NCBI GenBank assembly: GCA_009103225.1
Contig: RHPI01003642.1
Location: forward strand, 983,099-1,047,098
DNA: 64,000 nucleotides
Reading direction: 5' to 3'
Source: Chlorokybus atmophyticus
Lineage: Eukaryota > Plantae > Mesostigma and Chlorokybus algae
Under the pieces are notes generated by a model, which searched no databases, was not told where the DNA came from, and saw only the letters and a program-made list of their open reading frames with translations. Each line of letters starts with the position of its first letter. Within the stretch, counting starts at the first letter, position 1. The translations under genes and the position numbers were made by a program. Shown in pieces: positions 11,536 through 23,861 of the stretch.

Positions 11536-14350
11536 TTACACCAGCCGAGGCTTCTTGATGTTGTCCACATCTGGCACAGGTATGGATGGGACTTCCCCAG
11601 CATCGGACACTTTGTTGTTTGGCCCAGGATGTGGGACAACCATGTAACGGTCTCCAGGTGGTATCTGTACAGCACCTGCGCACCGAGATTGTTGGTTGGA
11701 CTGGAAACGCTGGTGGGGAACTACCCAGGCACTGAGCCATACTGTTCAGTACAGCATGGCATGTGAAACAGCATGAAAAGCATTCTTGCCTGTTATATGC
11801 ATATTGATTAGTCTGCTGGATTGCAAGTTGCTGCCGCTGAGTTCCTTTACAAGGACAGGCCAGTTTCTGCGGCACGAAGTCATTAGCAAACTGCAGCGGA
11901 GGAACAAAGGTTGCACCAGCAGCAGCTGCCAACCTGTCAGCCGTATCGCCAACACCAAGCTGGCCATTTGTGCCTCTTCCCCATGCGTAAACATTGCCGG
12001 GCTCTGTTACAGCAACAGTGTGCCGCCAACCACAGGCAACTTGGAACACTCTCTGCGCAAATAAACTGTGTCAACCAAACAACCCAACGACAGTATCGCG
12101 AGACAGCTTGCACGCAGGGCAACCAGCATGCACTACCTCGTTCGCTAATGTGGAAACCAGCTGTGGTGAACATTGGTCGTCGTTATTGCCAACGCCAAGT
12201 TGTCCAAACTGCGCACCATTGCAGACCAAGAGGTCAAACGTTAAGCAAAGTGTTTGGCCCTAGCTGTGGTGTGATTGTAAGCACACTAGTAACAGGTACA
12301 ATGTTCGCTTGGTGACAAGTTGTATTGCGCACACCAGACAGCACTGACACCCATCGAGGGCACTCTGAACTTGATAGTAGGCTGGTACCTTATTCCAGCC
12401 CCAACTGTAAAGTTTGCCTTCATCAGTAAGTGCAACCGTGTGTCGCCAGCCGCCTGCAACCTATTGCAAGACACATTAGCACCATGGCATACCAGACAGA
12501 CGCAATGCGGCGCACAGGCAAACACGCACCTGTGATATTCGCTCTGCTCTCAAAGCCTCAAGTACATGTGGAGTCAGGTGATCGTCGAAATTGCCTAAAA
12601 CCCATGCAGATCAGCAAGTTGTGCTGTCTATTCACGCACTTAAGCCAGCACAGCAGCCTACCATGCCCTAGTTGGCCGTATTTACTCCAGCCGAATGTAT
12701 AAAGGGAACCGCTTTCCGTCACAGCAATCGTGTGCCGCCACCCACAAGCAACAATCTTGATGTTCTCACCCTGGATGGCAATGTCGGTGAGCGTTGTCAC
12801 ATGCACTCAATGGTATGGCTACTAGAAAGCTAGAGTGCAACCTAAGGCCATGATACAGTGTAGTGGTTGTCTACCCAGAAACTTTCATGTAAAGTTTCAA
12901 CACCATATGCATGCAAATGAGCCCACAACAAACGTAATGACAGCCACCACATAGCAATCACCTCCATGCCAGGAACGGAATGAGGCGTATGACGGTCTTC
13001 TCGATCGCCCAACCCAAGATTACCATACCTGCCCCAACCCCATGTGTACACCTTGCCAGATGTATCTGCTGCAACTGAGTGCTCCGCACCACAACCCATA
13101 AAAGCAACAGGTTTATCCTGGTTACATACAAAGCGTGTGAACTCCTCAAGCCCGCTCACTTTTGTTTGAAATAGTGAAAGCATGCATTTGCAGACATTCT
13201 GAAGAGCAAGGCACACACCTTGAAGTACGGGATAATGGTTGGCGTCGCCTGATCCATTGTGTTGCCAATGCCCAGCTGACCATTTTGATTGCGTCCCCAA
13301 CTGTTAATAAGCAGACAGATGCTCAGTACTTCATGCGAAGGTGTGCCAGAGCTCCAGCATAAAGCAAAAAGCACTTGGCAAGCACATACACAAACATGGA
13401 TTCGGCACCTGTACACGACGCCAGAGGGCGTCAAGGCCATGCAATGGCAGTCTCCGCAGACAATGTTTGATATCGGTATTCCACTAAAAAGCTGTACAGG
13501 CTGTGGTATAAACACGTCGCTAGAATTGCCATGCCCTAACCGGCCAAAATCGCCCCTGAGCAAGAACTTTGTGGGCATGCAGCATGCAGCAACACGTAGA
13601 TATGCAGATGTCGGTTCTCAACTGACAAATCCCAACCAAGACGCCCAAATCGTACCATCCCCAGGAATAAACCTGTCGCCGCTGCTTGGAGATCGCAATG
13701 GTATGGTCCGCACCGCAAACAACAGCTGAGATCTTGCAATTAATCAGTGCTGCAATCGTTGCTGGCAGTGACCTTTCATGCGGATCTCCGTGTCCAAGCT
13801 GGCCATCCTCACCCCGGCCCCAGCTGCAAACCATATCACAATCTGCGAGCAACGATAATAATGCTCAAGACCTTGCTGATTTCAGTGCTCAGAGACGGAG
13901 AACGCCGGCCAACAGATTGTATTCGACTCTGGAGTTGAGCTGAAGCTGCAGCTTGCTAAATGCTCTGTGCATGCTGACAAGGTATGCTGCCGCCATTTGC
14001 ATGTTTGTTCCCAACGGCTGGTCACGTTGAAGACCTCACGAGGCGGCAGCAGGCTGCATGAAACAACCACAAGCGGAGGCAGCCGTGACTTTGTGCTCAG
14101 GCATACACGAAAACATAACCAGTCCAGGGCCAACCCAAGTCCACCAACTGCAGCGGCAATGCATGACAGTCGGAGTGTAATAGGTTACGAGATGGAAAAG
14201 GCAGCATGCATTGTGCATTGCGAGCACAACATACCCCTGAGCACAGGAGTTTCATTCATGCAAACCACAACACGTACTGAGCAAGGCGATTGTGTGACTG
14301 GCCCCGCATGACACGCTGAGCACCCGCTCCTCCTGGTCGTCGCCTGCCAT
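11536..14350 (-). CDS. UVR8: UV-B photoreceptor UVR8 (RCC1-repeat beta-propeller; spliced)
   Basis: Starts MAGDDQEERVLSVSCGASHTIALL|NCDMVCSWGRGEDGQLGHG and contains GDFGRLGHGNSSD. There are three GWRHT motifs (~12740, ~12450, ~12030) and a C-terminal DRYMVVP VP motif. Stop is at 11536-11538. Confidence 0.95.
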
Positions 14351-14496
14351 GGTTTCTGTCACCCTCCAGTCAGGCAGTTGGGCCTGCCCTCAGCGCTTTC
14401 AAGGCTCCAGCGCGCCCGACAACCCCAGCGACCACGAGGACCACGGCACCAACGTCACAGGTCCGCCCCTACCGGGGCCGCATGCGCCCCATGTGC

Positions 14497-14550
14497 CACG
14501 TGTCGCCACCACCCTCACCTCCGCGTCCCGCCCGCCGCACCAAAACCCTA
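14497..14550. promoter_or_regulatory. G-box (GCCACGTGTC) and telo-box (AAACCCTA) in the UVR8/NTAN1 divergent promoter
   Basis: CACGTG at 14497-14502 and AAACCCTA at 14543-14550, inside the 580-bp head-to-head spacer. Function is inferred from motif identity only. Confidence 0.4.
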
Positions 14551-14930
14551 AAAGATGAACTGAGGAACGGAAGATTGTGGATAACAGCAGGAACTGGGCC
14601 AGTGCAAGCTTGCACACTGCAACCAGTCAGCAGTAGGCCTACAGCGACCTGTATAGCGAAACCGCAGCGGGGCAGCAATCAAGTCGCGACCAGTGACTGC
14701 TTCAGTCAAAAAGTTTTGAGTCAAAAGCTGCTTCCGCGAGCTTTTCTGCAGACAGGGTTTTTGACCCCTTTTTGTCCCACCTGGCAAAACAGAAAACGCA
14801 AAACCGAAACCGAAAACTCCCAGGCAGGCGTTGCCACTCAGCTGCCAGCTGGCATACAGATTGCCTGTCGAGCTCGAGTGTGAGCGTTCGTGTCGGCCGG
14901 TGGTGCGAGCCTAGCAGGAGGAGGGTTGTC

Positions 14931-17277
14931 ATGGTGCTTCTTGTGGACGGCCACCCGCTGCCTGTATCCAACAAGGTGAGGGCGTTGCTTGTGTTCTCTG
15001 CGCCGTCAAGAGCATGCTGGCTGAAGCAGCTAGAGGAATGTTTGGCTGGCTGAGCAGCCAGCACAGCGCAGCTACACGTTACAACTACGTTTTTGTTCTG
15101 GTGTTGATGTGCCGAGGCTTATGCTGGATTCGTGTTGGGCAGAAGAGTGAGACGAGTCTGTTGTCCGTCCTGCTTGGCACGCCTTCCGTTGCGGCTGCGG
15201 CGCAAGCGTTCGCCACGTTGCCTGCCTTGCATGTCCGCCCTCCTGAGGTGTGTTCAACTTCCGCCTCTGACAATTCTGTGGGGCGGTTCGTGTACGTCTT
15301 TCAGCGTGAGTACGCTACCGTTCAGCCAGGCATTGTGCAGGTGGGCAGACCTGTTGCGGGTAGCTGTGGGCTGCTTACTATGTTGGGCAATATCTCCTGT
15401 GTATGTTACATGCATACGAACACTAGTTGCGGCTGTGATCGCCCAAGTTTGGCAGGTAGTTGGCACAGACGAGATGACCACTTGCATAGCCATTGTGTTG
15501 CGAGGCGTCGCCAGCAGCAGGTATATGTCAAACTTGCAATGAAGTATCTTGCAGCAGTTGGCCCGCACAACTCTGTGTTAAATCGCTCCGTTGTGGTCTA
15601 GCAAAGCAATGCTGTAATTAAGCGTTGCGTGCTCTGCAGCTGTTGCCAACGTGCTGGTCTATGCAGGGTGGCAGTTGCGCATGTGGACTCACCCAATGGC
15701 ATTTCTGTTGGCTTAGCGGCCATTCTTTCTTCTATGCCAATGGACAGCGAGTTTGAGGTACACCATTGCAAAAGTGCGTGTGCATGTATCTTGAGCGCTG
15801 AATGTTCTCTGAGTAGTAGCTGAGCTCCATTGTTCACCACTGGCAGCTGCACTTGGTTGGCGCATATGTTGATGTAGATGCAGTTGTCCAGACAGATGGT
15901 GTACAGAGCCCCCCAACCAAGACTGTAGGTGCGTAATATTTGGTCTGTTCATGGCGACAACCACATACAATGCATTGCACACTGCATGGTCCGACAGCTG
16001 GCATACTTGCACGCCATGTGCAATGTGCCAGCTGTCGGACCATGCAGTCTGCAATGCATGCTGTGCTTTGAAGGAGCAGCATTTCTTGTGTGCAGTCGCA
16101 AACGTGACGGCTTGCATGCACATCCTCTGGCGTCAATCGCTGCTCCTTTGTAGGCTGTGGCTAGAAATTTCCAGTTGCTTACAACAGGTCATTCACTTCC
16201 CCTGGCTGCCACGTTGGTGAACCATCTGCATGGGCTTCCTGCCCAGTTTCTGTTGCAGACGGCCTGCATCCTGCATTTGAATACCGAACTATCAGCGACA
16301 AGGCTTAACATGCCAGCTGTGCGAGGCGTCGCAGTATGTGCTGGACTTGCGTAATTGACGTGTGCATGTCACCCAGTGTGCATTCCACCAAGTAAGGCGC
16401 TGCATGCAGGTAATGACCGCAACAGGCGCGGTTGTCCCTACTGTGTTTCATCCCGATGCACGTTCTCCAGATGCTGAGCTTAGGGGCCTTCGGTGCATGT
16501 TTGCAGAGGGCGACGCCAGGCTGGCGCTGGCAGCACCGTATGTTTCCGACCTTGATATGTTCAGGATAGAGCCTTTCAGGTGAGTGTGGTGGGTTACTGC
16601 TGATATGCAGACACAACCTCATGTTCCAGCTGCTTGTGCGCACCTCTCAGTAATCACTGCGTTATGCATCTAGTACGTATATATTGGCCGTGCATGTTTG
16701 CATTGCATACACCACTTTTGTACTCCTTCACAATCCTAGGGCTGCATTGTGGTATCCAACGGCCAATTAGTAGTGTGGCATATTGCGTGTGTAAGTCCGG
16801 TCAGATCAATGTATGCCTCACTTTATACGTTATGCTGATCAGCGCTTTTGAGTTGACATGGAACATTCCCTGCAGGTATTCGGCACACGAATTGCACCCA
16901 AAGCACATGCTGTCGCTACCAGACAAAGTGCTACTGCAGTGGTGTTCCACCTCTCCTGCAGCCGAGTCCGTAGACTTCATCCCTCACCTACGGCGGTAGG
17001 AAGCGGGAGAGTTTTTATGAAGATTGTGGTGTTTTGCATTTCCAGCAGGTTGTCCTTGTTCTCTGCAACCAGTAGAGCATTCCGCAAACTCATATTCTGT
17101 GTGAATTGCGTATGCAGCAACTTTCAGTTCCTCGTGAAGTACAAGCATTGGAAGATGGTGTTCCCTGGTGAACAGCCGAGAATGTTTGAGCGCAGAACTC
17201 AGTCAGACAACAGTGGTCTCTGGTTCTGGGAAGCTGTTGTACAACCAGTGACAGCTGTGGCAGCATTTGCCAAGTAG
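14931..17277 (+). CDS. NTAN1: Protein N-terminal asparagine amidohydrolase (N-degron pathway; spliced)
   Basis: Contains RFVYVFQREYATVQP, VGTDEMTTC (catalytic Cys motif), VAHVDSP, CSTSPAAES and WKMVFPGEQPRMFERR, matching plant NTAN1. Stop is at 17275-17277. Confidence 0.92.
15970..16059. repeat. Intronic ~90-nt hairpin (33-34-bp stem, 1 mismatch)
   Basis: TGCATTGCACACTGCATGGTCCGACAGCTGGCA pairs with TGCCAGCTGTCGGACCATGCAGTCTGCAATGCA. The loop has an extra TTGCAC/GTGCAA pairing. It lies inside an NTAN1 intron. Confidence 0.93.
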
Positions 17278-17964
17278 CCTTGCAGTGATAACCATACGTA
17301 CTGGTGGACGCAAATGAGCAGACATGTTGCTTGAATAGGTCTTGTATTGCAGTACTCTAGTTTCTCTGGCAAGCTCCGACATTGAAGACACCAGTTGTTG
17401 TTATGCAGCATCGCTCGATGCAGTACTTCTTCAGCACAGAAGCGGTTTATCACTGCCTAATTTACTTGTGCCCTGCCTACTCACACCACAGCACCTGCCA
17501 AGTGTCCTAATATGCTGTGTTGGGAGCATACGGTCAGGCCATCAAGAGACAAAGTGCGTGTACGTCGGTTGCTTGACCGCCTTCAGGACAACCTTGGCCT
17601 ACTGCCCGTGCGTGTCATTGCGTGTTACAGTGCAACCTTGCCACACGGCTTGCAGCGCTTTAGCTTTGAGGCAACCTTTGCTGCACTTCTCTGCAAACTC
17701 GTCACTCAAAACTCCTCACTAAGAACTCTACAGTGAGGAGGCTTCTTAAGTATCATGACGAGACTGAACTGCAAGTTGGGTAATGGTCTCAGGTCTCTTC
17801 CTGAGGCCTCTGCTGCAACCTGACTCACTTTCACAGCCTTAGGCGGCCTCAGGCTGTGAATGGAATGACATCTTTGCAGCAAGCGGGTTGACAGTGCCAA
17901 CTTGACACCCAACCTGACTAGAGGAGAGGCCCCAGTTCTCACGACCGGGGCAGGTGCAGTACGC

Positions 17965-19836
17965 ATGGGCAAGAAGAAGGGGGCGGCGGGCAAGAAAGGC
18001 GGCGGCAATGGCGTCGCGGAGGCGGAGGCGGAGGCGGCCACCGCGTCTTCTTCAGGGCCCAGCAAATGGCTGCTGCCGCCGGAGACGCAGGAGTCCGCCG
18101 CCCACTCCATTCACGCGCTGTATCAGCGAGCAGTGCAGGCAAGGCGGCGTGGCATGTCAAACTGCATTCTGTCATCGGGTTTGCGGCTGATTTGCACGCA
18201 TGCACAGGGTACCCATACCTATACATCGGAGTGGATGAGCGTACATCTTTACAGCACATAGTCACAATCCCCAAACACCATGCAGGGCATGCATGCAGCC
18301 TTGGGCTTGAATTCAACCCTTCAGCACTATAAACATTGATTCACCATGCGCTTGCTTGCGCTGTAGCGTGCCTTCACGGTTCGCGCCTGGAAGCTGTTGG
18401 TTCTGGCACAGCAAACAACAACAGTATGAGCTTGCAGCTGATTGTGTTTGCTCATGCGTGCCTGAGTTGCGCTTGTTCACTAGTTGCTTGTAAGGACATA
18501 TTCATGACAACCAGTGTTGCAGATGTACTTTTCTCGGTGGCCAACTAACTTGGTCCAACAACTACGCAGACGCCCCGTGGGGAGATCAGTTACCTGAAGA
18601 AGTTCTTCCTAACTTATGTGGGCGGGAGGGTCCCCCTGCACTTGCGTGAAGACTTCTGCGGCACCGCATTGATATGGTGAGACAGCCACTCTGTTGTTGT
18701 GATGCGTAGTTTGTCTCCAAACGTCACAGCTGCTCTGCTCAGCGCAGAATGGTTGCAAGCTGACGCGCGAAGGACGGCGTTGGGGTTAGACATCGATCGC
18801 GAGGCGATGCTATGGGGCCTTCGCAACAACTTTGCAAAGCTACCCGATAGAGCAAAGGGGAGGCTTCTGCTTCTCGAAGGCAATGTGCTTGACCCCATCA
18901 CTGCCGCAAAGGAGGTGTCTCTACCAACAACACCAGCAATGACGTCCACTGAAGCTTCAGTATCGCCTCCGCCTCCGCCTGAGACTGATGCAGCTGAGGC
19001 ATCGCTATCACTCTCACGGCTGGCAGATATCAGCTGCGCGTTCAACTTTAGCACATGCTGTCTGCATTCACGCAAGCAGTTGCTGCAGTACTTCCGTCGC
19101 GCTTACCACGGGCTTAGCCCGCAAGGGGGTGTCTTTGTTGCTGATTTGTATGGAGGGTACAACTCGGACGTCCCACTGAAACTGCGCCGGGACTTTGGAG
19201 ACTTTCTGGTAAGACCGTACGGGAAGGGTGTGTGTGTGTGTGTGTGTGTGTATGCGCGCGCGCGTGTATGTGTGTACGGGCAACATACCCCAACTTGTTG
19301 TCTTGTGTGTGCAGTACACTTGGGAGCAAGAGGGCTTGGATGCACTCACTCGCATCAGCCGCATACATCTAAGCTTCCAGATAAAAGGTGGCAGCAAAAA
19401 GCGAGCCTTCAACTACGTTTGGCGCCTGTAAGTGGTTGCCCGCATGGTTATGCACATGTTGTGTTGCCTGCGCCTTGTACCAACATCCACCACGCTAACA
19501 GGTGGACTGTACCGGACTTGCGAGAGTGTTTGTTGGAGGCCGGTAAGCCTTGAGTTCATTGCCTCATTCCGGTGTGAAGCATGTGTTCAAACCAGACTGC
19601 TTGCTCATTGGCACGTTCTGTGTGCAGGGTTTGAGGCGACACATGTTTGGATGCGGGAGTCGCGAGGGCCGCAGCAAAGGGGTGCTGGGGAGGGTAATAG
19701 CGGCAGTGATGATGATGGTCAAGATGACAACAAGCAAGAAGGGCTGAATGAGTTTGAAGAGGTAGAGTCCTTCGCGCAGTGTGATAGTTGGAATGCGTAT
19801 GTGGTAGGTGTGCGGACAGCAGCACAAGCTGAGTAA
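17965..19836 (+). CDS. Class I SAM-dependent methyltransferase-like protein (uncharacterised plant/bacterial family; spliced)
   Basis: Contains LYQRAVQ|TPRGEISYL...LREDFCGTAL (motif I-like), LGLDIDREA, DISCAFNFSTCCLHSR, GGVFVADLYGG, FNYVWRL|WTVPDLRECLLEAG and SWNAYVVGV. Stop is at 19834-19836. Confidence 0.85.
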
Positions 19837-21622
19837 TAGTAGGCAGGTAGTGTTGATCAACATCTCGTGCTCACGTATGCGCATATGCACTCTGCAGTCA
19901 CTGTAACGCTGACTGATGCAACAGGCGTGCTGTATGTGCGCAAATATAACATGCACACACGTGTGATGCATCCATTGCATGTGTAGAAGTCTTGCAAATC
20001 TCTGTACAGCCGCAGGTAATCAAGCTGACTATGCATGACTGACTGACGGGGCAGGCAGGTAGTGTGCTCGCGTAGTAGTCATAGATAACCATGTGGTGGC
20101 GCTGATGGTATGAGTGGTGGCTGCTGGTGCTGCGTGCTTGACACCACGCATAGGGTAGAGTAGAGGGGCCAAAGGATCCAATGCAAGAGCCAACACACAG
20201 TAACAGAGCAAGCAACACCAATCGCATATTACATCCACCACAACCACAGTACCGAAACTAAGGGGCTGGTGCTGTGTACATAAGTCCGGAAGCCCAATGC
20301 ATCATGCATATGCTTGACACCATGCATAGGGTATACATCATATGCATGTTGCTGTGCGCTTTACACTGCATGTGGCAATTGTAGCATGCCATCTCTTGTA
20401 CACATGTGTGTACACACCATATGTGCTACATGTACAGGGCTATTATACATGGTGGTTGTTGTCTGCTTGCCCCTTTCCTGCGTGCCCCTGCCTGATGCCT
20501 GCTGCCTGAGGGTCCTGAGGGTTGAGTCCTAGCTAGGTCTAAGGTGTCTGGCTGTATGTTATAAGCTCTGCTTGGGCCCCCACCCTAATTGGTTGTTGCT
20601 TTGCTACTGTGTCTGCTGCTTGCATCACTCGTTACCACAACTTCCCACGGAGTGTGCTTTGCGCAACTCCAATTTTTGCTATGTACAAGGTTAACCTGGC
20701 CTTCTGTAGGCAGCAGCTGCACACCAGCACGGCATTCACCTTGTGAGGCACCCACCAGGTTGCTCATTGCATGTTCTAGGCATGTTCATTCGTATTGCAC
20801 ATTTGATGTACCCCAAAAATGGATGGTCAACCCGAACCGCTGGTGGCAGCTTGGAAACTAAGTGCAAGCAAGTCAATGGCTCTTGCTGTGTGTAGTATGT
20901 GTCAACTGCGTTGCAATCAGTGTGAGAATGGCCAGTTGCAAATAGTCCTCATGGCAATTGCTGAATGTCAGGTATACATCGCGAGGTGCAACAGGCTGCT
21001 GAGCAGCAAGTACACAGGTGACGTATGCATGCTTTCACGGCTAACGGGGTGGTAGAAGTAGTGTAGTGGGTTGGGCACCGACATCCCAGGCGGACGCTGT
21101 ACTGGCAGCTGCGGCCGGGTAGTTGCAGTTGCACACGTTTACGTGTGTTCGTGTGTGCACTTGTGTGCAGTTGTGCAGTGTGGTAGGCATGGAGCCAAGT
21201 ATGTAGCAGTACTTGAACTCTTGCTGTTCTAGTAGAGAGAGTGGGTTAGGTAGTAGACCAGCACGGTGGTGAACCTTGCAATGGTGTAAATGGTGTGCGC
21301 CATGTCACTCCTTGCCATTTATGACACGATGCATGTGCCATTGTATTGCGTGCATTGTACATGTCACGCAAGTATGTTGGCTGGCCAATAGCAGACTCTA
21401 GCATGGCTCAGTTGCGCAGCAATGAGGCACTATTGGGCTAAAACACGGTACCAACACATGCCATGGTGTTGCTGACTGGCACAGACGAAATGCTGAGCAC
21501 CGCAATTCAGCATAACAAGCACATCAAACAATGCTATACAAACAACATAATTCGTCCGATATCACCTAGGAGACCTCGTGCGACATGACTGTTGTGCCAG
21601 CCACTGTGCCTCACCGTGTCTC

Positions 21623-23861
21623 CTATATGTGCAAGAGCCACTTTGCAATGTAAAAATAGATCACTAGCCCGCTAGAGTCCACCACCGTGGTCATCAATGG
21701 AGCACTTGTAACAGCGGGATTGTACCTGCAAAAATAATGATGATAACCATTGACCTTTGTGAAGGAAGTGTGTCTCGCTGATTTGCACCAACTTATGTTG
21801 CCACAAGAGATAAACAGCTCGTGACACGAATACATCACATGTCCACGGCTGTGTACTGAGCAATCCTCACCCAAATTTCACCGCCAACAACGGAAAGAGG
21901 CCACCCAGCATGTTGGCCCAAAGCGAAACAAGCGGCAGCGCAACCGCCACCGTCATGCCCACCTGAACACACCATGTGCAGTGAGCTTGCAGTATATATA
22001 CAGCCAGACAGGACGCAAAAACTGACGAGATGCATGGGGCTCACAATGACAGGGCACATTCCCAAATCATTCAACCCCACAAAAAGAACATGCAGCAAGT
22101 CGCAAGCGCTTTTAGACACCAGTCGCTGTGTTACCCATGGAGTGTAAATTGACGCATGTAACAGTGCACTTGAGCATGAGCACCAACGAGGCAGGTTATG
22201 ACAAGAGTGTGGTCATGGTTATAGTAGGATCATAACCACACTTTGCATAGCTCACAGACTGTGGCTTGGAATGCACCCACAGATGCGAGGACCATATACA
22301 CCAACTTACTCACCATTGGCAACAATAAGGACCTTTCGTACAGGCATGACAACCATCTTGGGACAGTTTGCTTAGTCAACCCAGTGTATACATGACTTGC
22401 AGATCCCAGCATCCATAACGATGTTATCTTACCCCGTGTGAAATTCCGCCCCAGCACATGGAAATGGTGAAGATGATGAAACCCAGCAATGCGCCAATAC
22501 TGCATCCCGTGATGGCCTCCTTTTTAAGAACATAGGGGAGATCTGATGGCGACACGTGCCCTGGGTGACAGTTGCAAGTTAGCCGCTGTGTGAAAGGGAA
22601 GCCCAAGTAACATACATCTCCCCCAGACAAACATAAACCCCAAGACACCTCAGTGTCTTGGGGTTTATGTTTTGAGGTTCTCCGCACTTGGCAGAGATTA
22701 GCACGTTTGAGCCACACAGAGAAATGCACGCGCGGTGGCATGACAAGTTTCACACATGAGTGTGTGTGAGCTGCCTGACACTTGTTGCGCAGCTCAAACT
22801 CTAGCGATACACCCTTTGCTCTTTGCCAACCACAGAGCTAGCTTACAGATAGACGAGCCAGCTGTATACCATGAGACATAAATCGTTGTGTATCGTGCAA
22901 AAAAGGTGCCAGACAGTGCAACGCGCCTTGTGGACAGCCCATGCGACCGTGCGCACAATATCAAAGATAACTTGACAGTCAAGACAGATAACTCATGAAC
23001 TTCAAGTTGCGAAGAACGACAGAGCATTTGCACTATTATGCGCCAAGCAGTATAGCCAAGCGCGCAGCCAGGTTGGTACAAGGCAAGGCTTTAACCCAAG
23101 CCCTACAGCACAAACATGTTGGTTTGAGCAATGCCGCTTTTGTGAATTGTGCTTGAGACTTACCGAGAGCAAGAGCGCGTATCACTGTGGCCACTGATTG
23201 CGAGCCAGTGTTGCCTCCATGACCAATCAGCAACGGGACAAAGTAGGACAGCTCCACCTCTTTCCTGAGGACGTCCTCAAAAGCCTCTATCACAACTGCC
23301 GCCATCATCAGCCCCAGAAAAAACACCAGCAGCCATCCTGCCCTCGCGCGCACCTGCATTTCCAAATTGCAATGCAATCACTCAACTGCCAGTATCCATC
23401 TGTGGCAACGTCACCACGGCACTTACTGCTGTATGCTCCCAACAGCAAAACTGTATTACAACAATCACATTTGCAACTACCACCGCCAGCGGCATTGCAG
23501 GGTGAAACCACGGAGGCAATACCAGTGGTGAACAAACAATGACAGCAGGCTGGCTGGATCGGCGTAGACACCATACTGTCGGCAGAACCAGTACCATCTC
23601 AAATACGACGCAAAGCTGTGTTTACGGGTAGAAGAGGTATGCCATTCTAGCGGCTGCCATTCTAGCGGCTGAGACATCAGCAGATGTGCATTGACAAGAC
23701 AAATCCCTAACCCGTAAAACTAAAAATCAAAGCGTAAATACTTCTCAAAGAACGGGTATGAAGCAGCAAAGTCTTACCGACTCGTAGACGCCCTCCTGCC
23801 GGTAATGCAAGCTGTGCTGGCCGTCCCCAGACTCCAAGTCCGTGTCGCCATGCACCACCAT
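21623..23861 (-). CDS. mgtE: MgtE/SLC41-family divalent cation (Mg2+) transporter, membrane domain (spliced; start uncertain)
   Basis: Contains RAGWLLVFFLGL, FVPLLIGHGGNTGSQSVATVIRALALG, VLKKEAITGCSIGALLG and NPAVTSAPLMTTVVDSSGLVIYF, which carries the selectivity Asp. Stop is at 21623. Candidate ATG at 23861 (MVVHGDTDLESG). Confidence 0.85.
22629..22672. repeat. Perfect inverted repeat (20-bp arms, 4-nt loop) in MgtE intron
   Basis: AAACATAAACCCCAAGACAC-CTCA-GTGTCTTGGGGTTTATGTTT. Confidence 0.96.
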
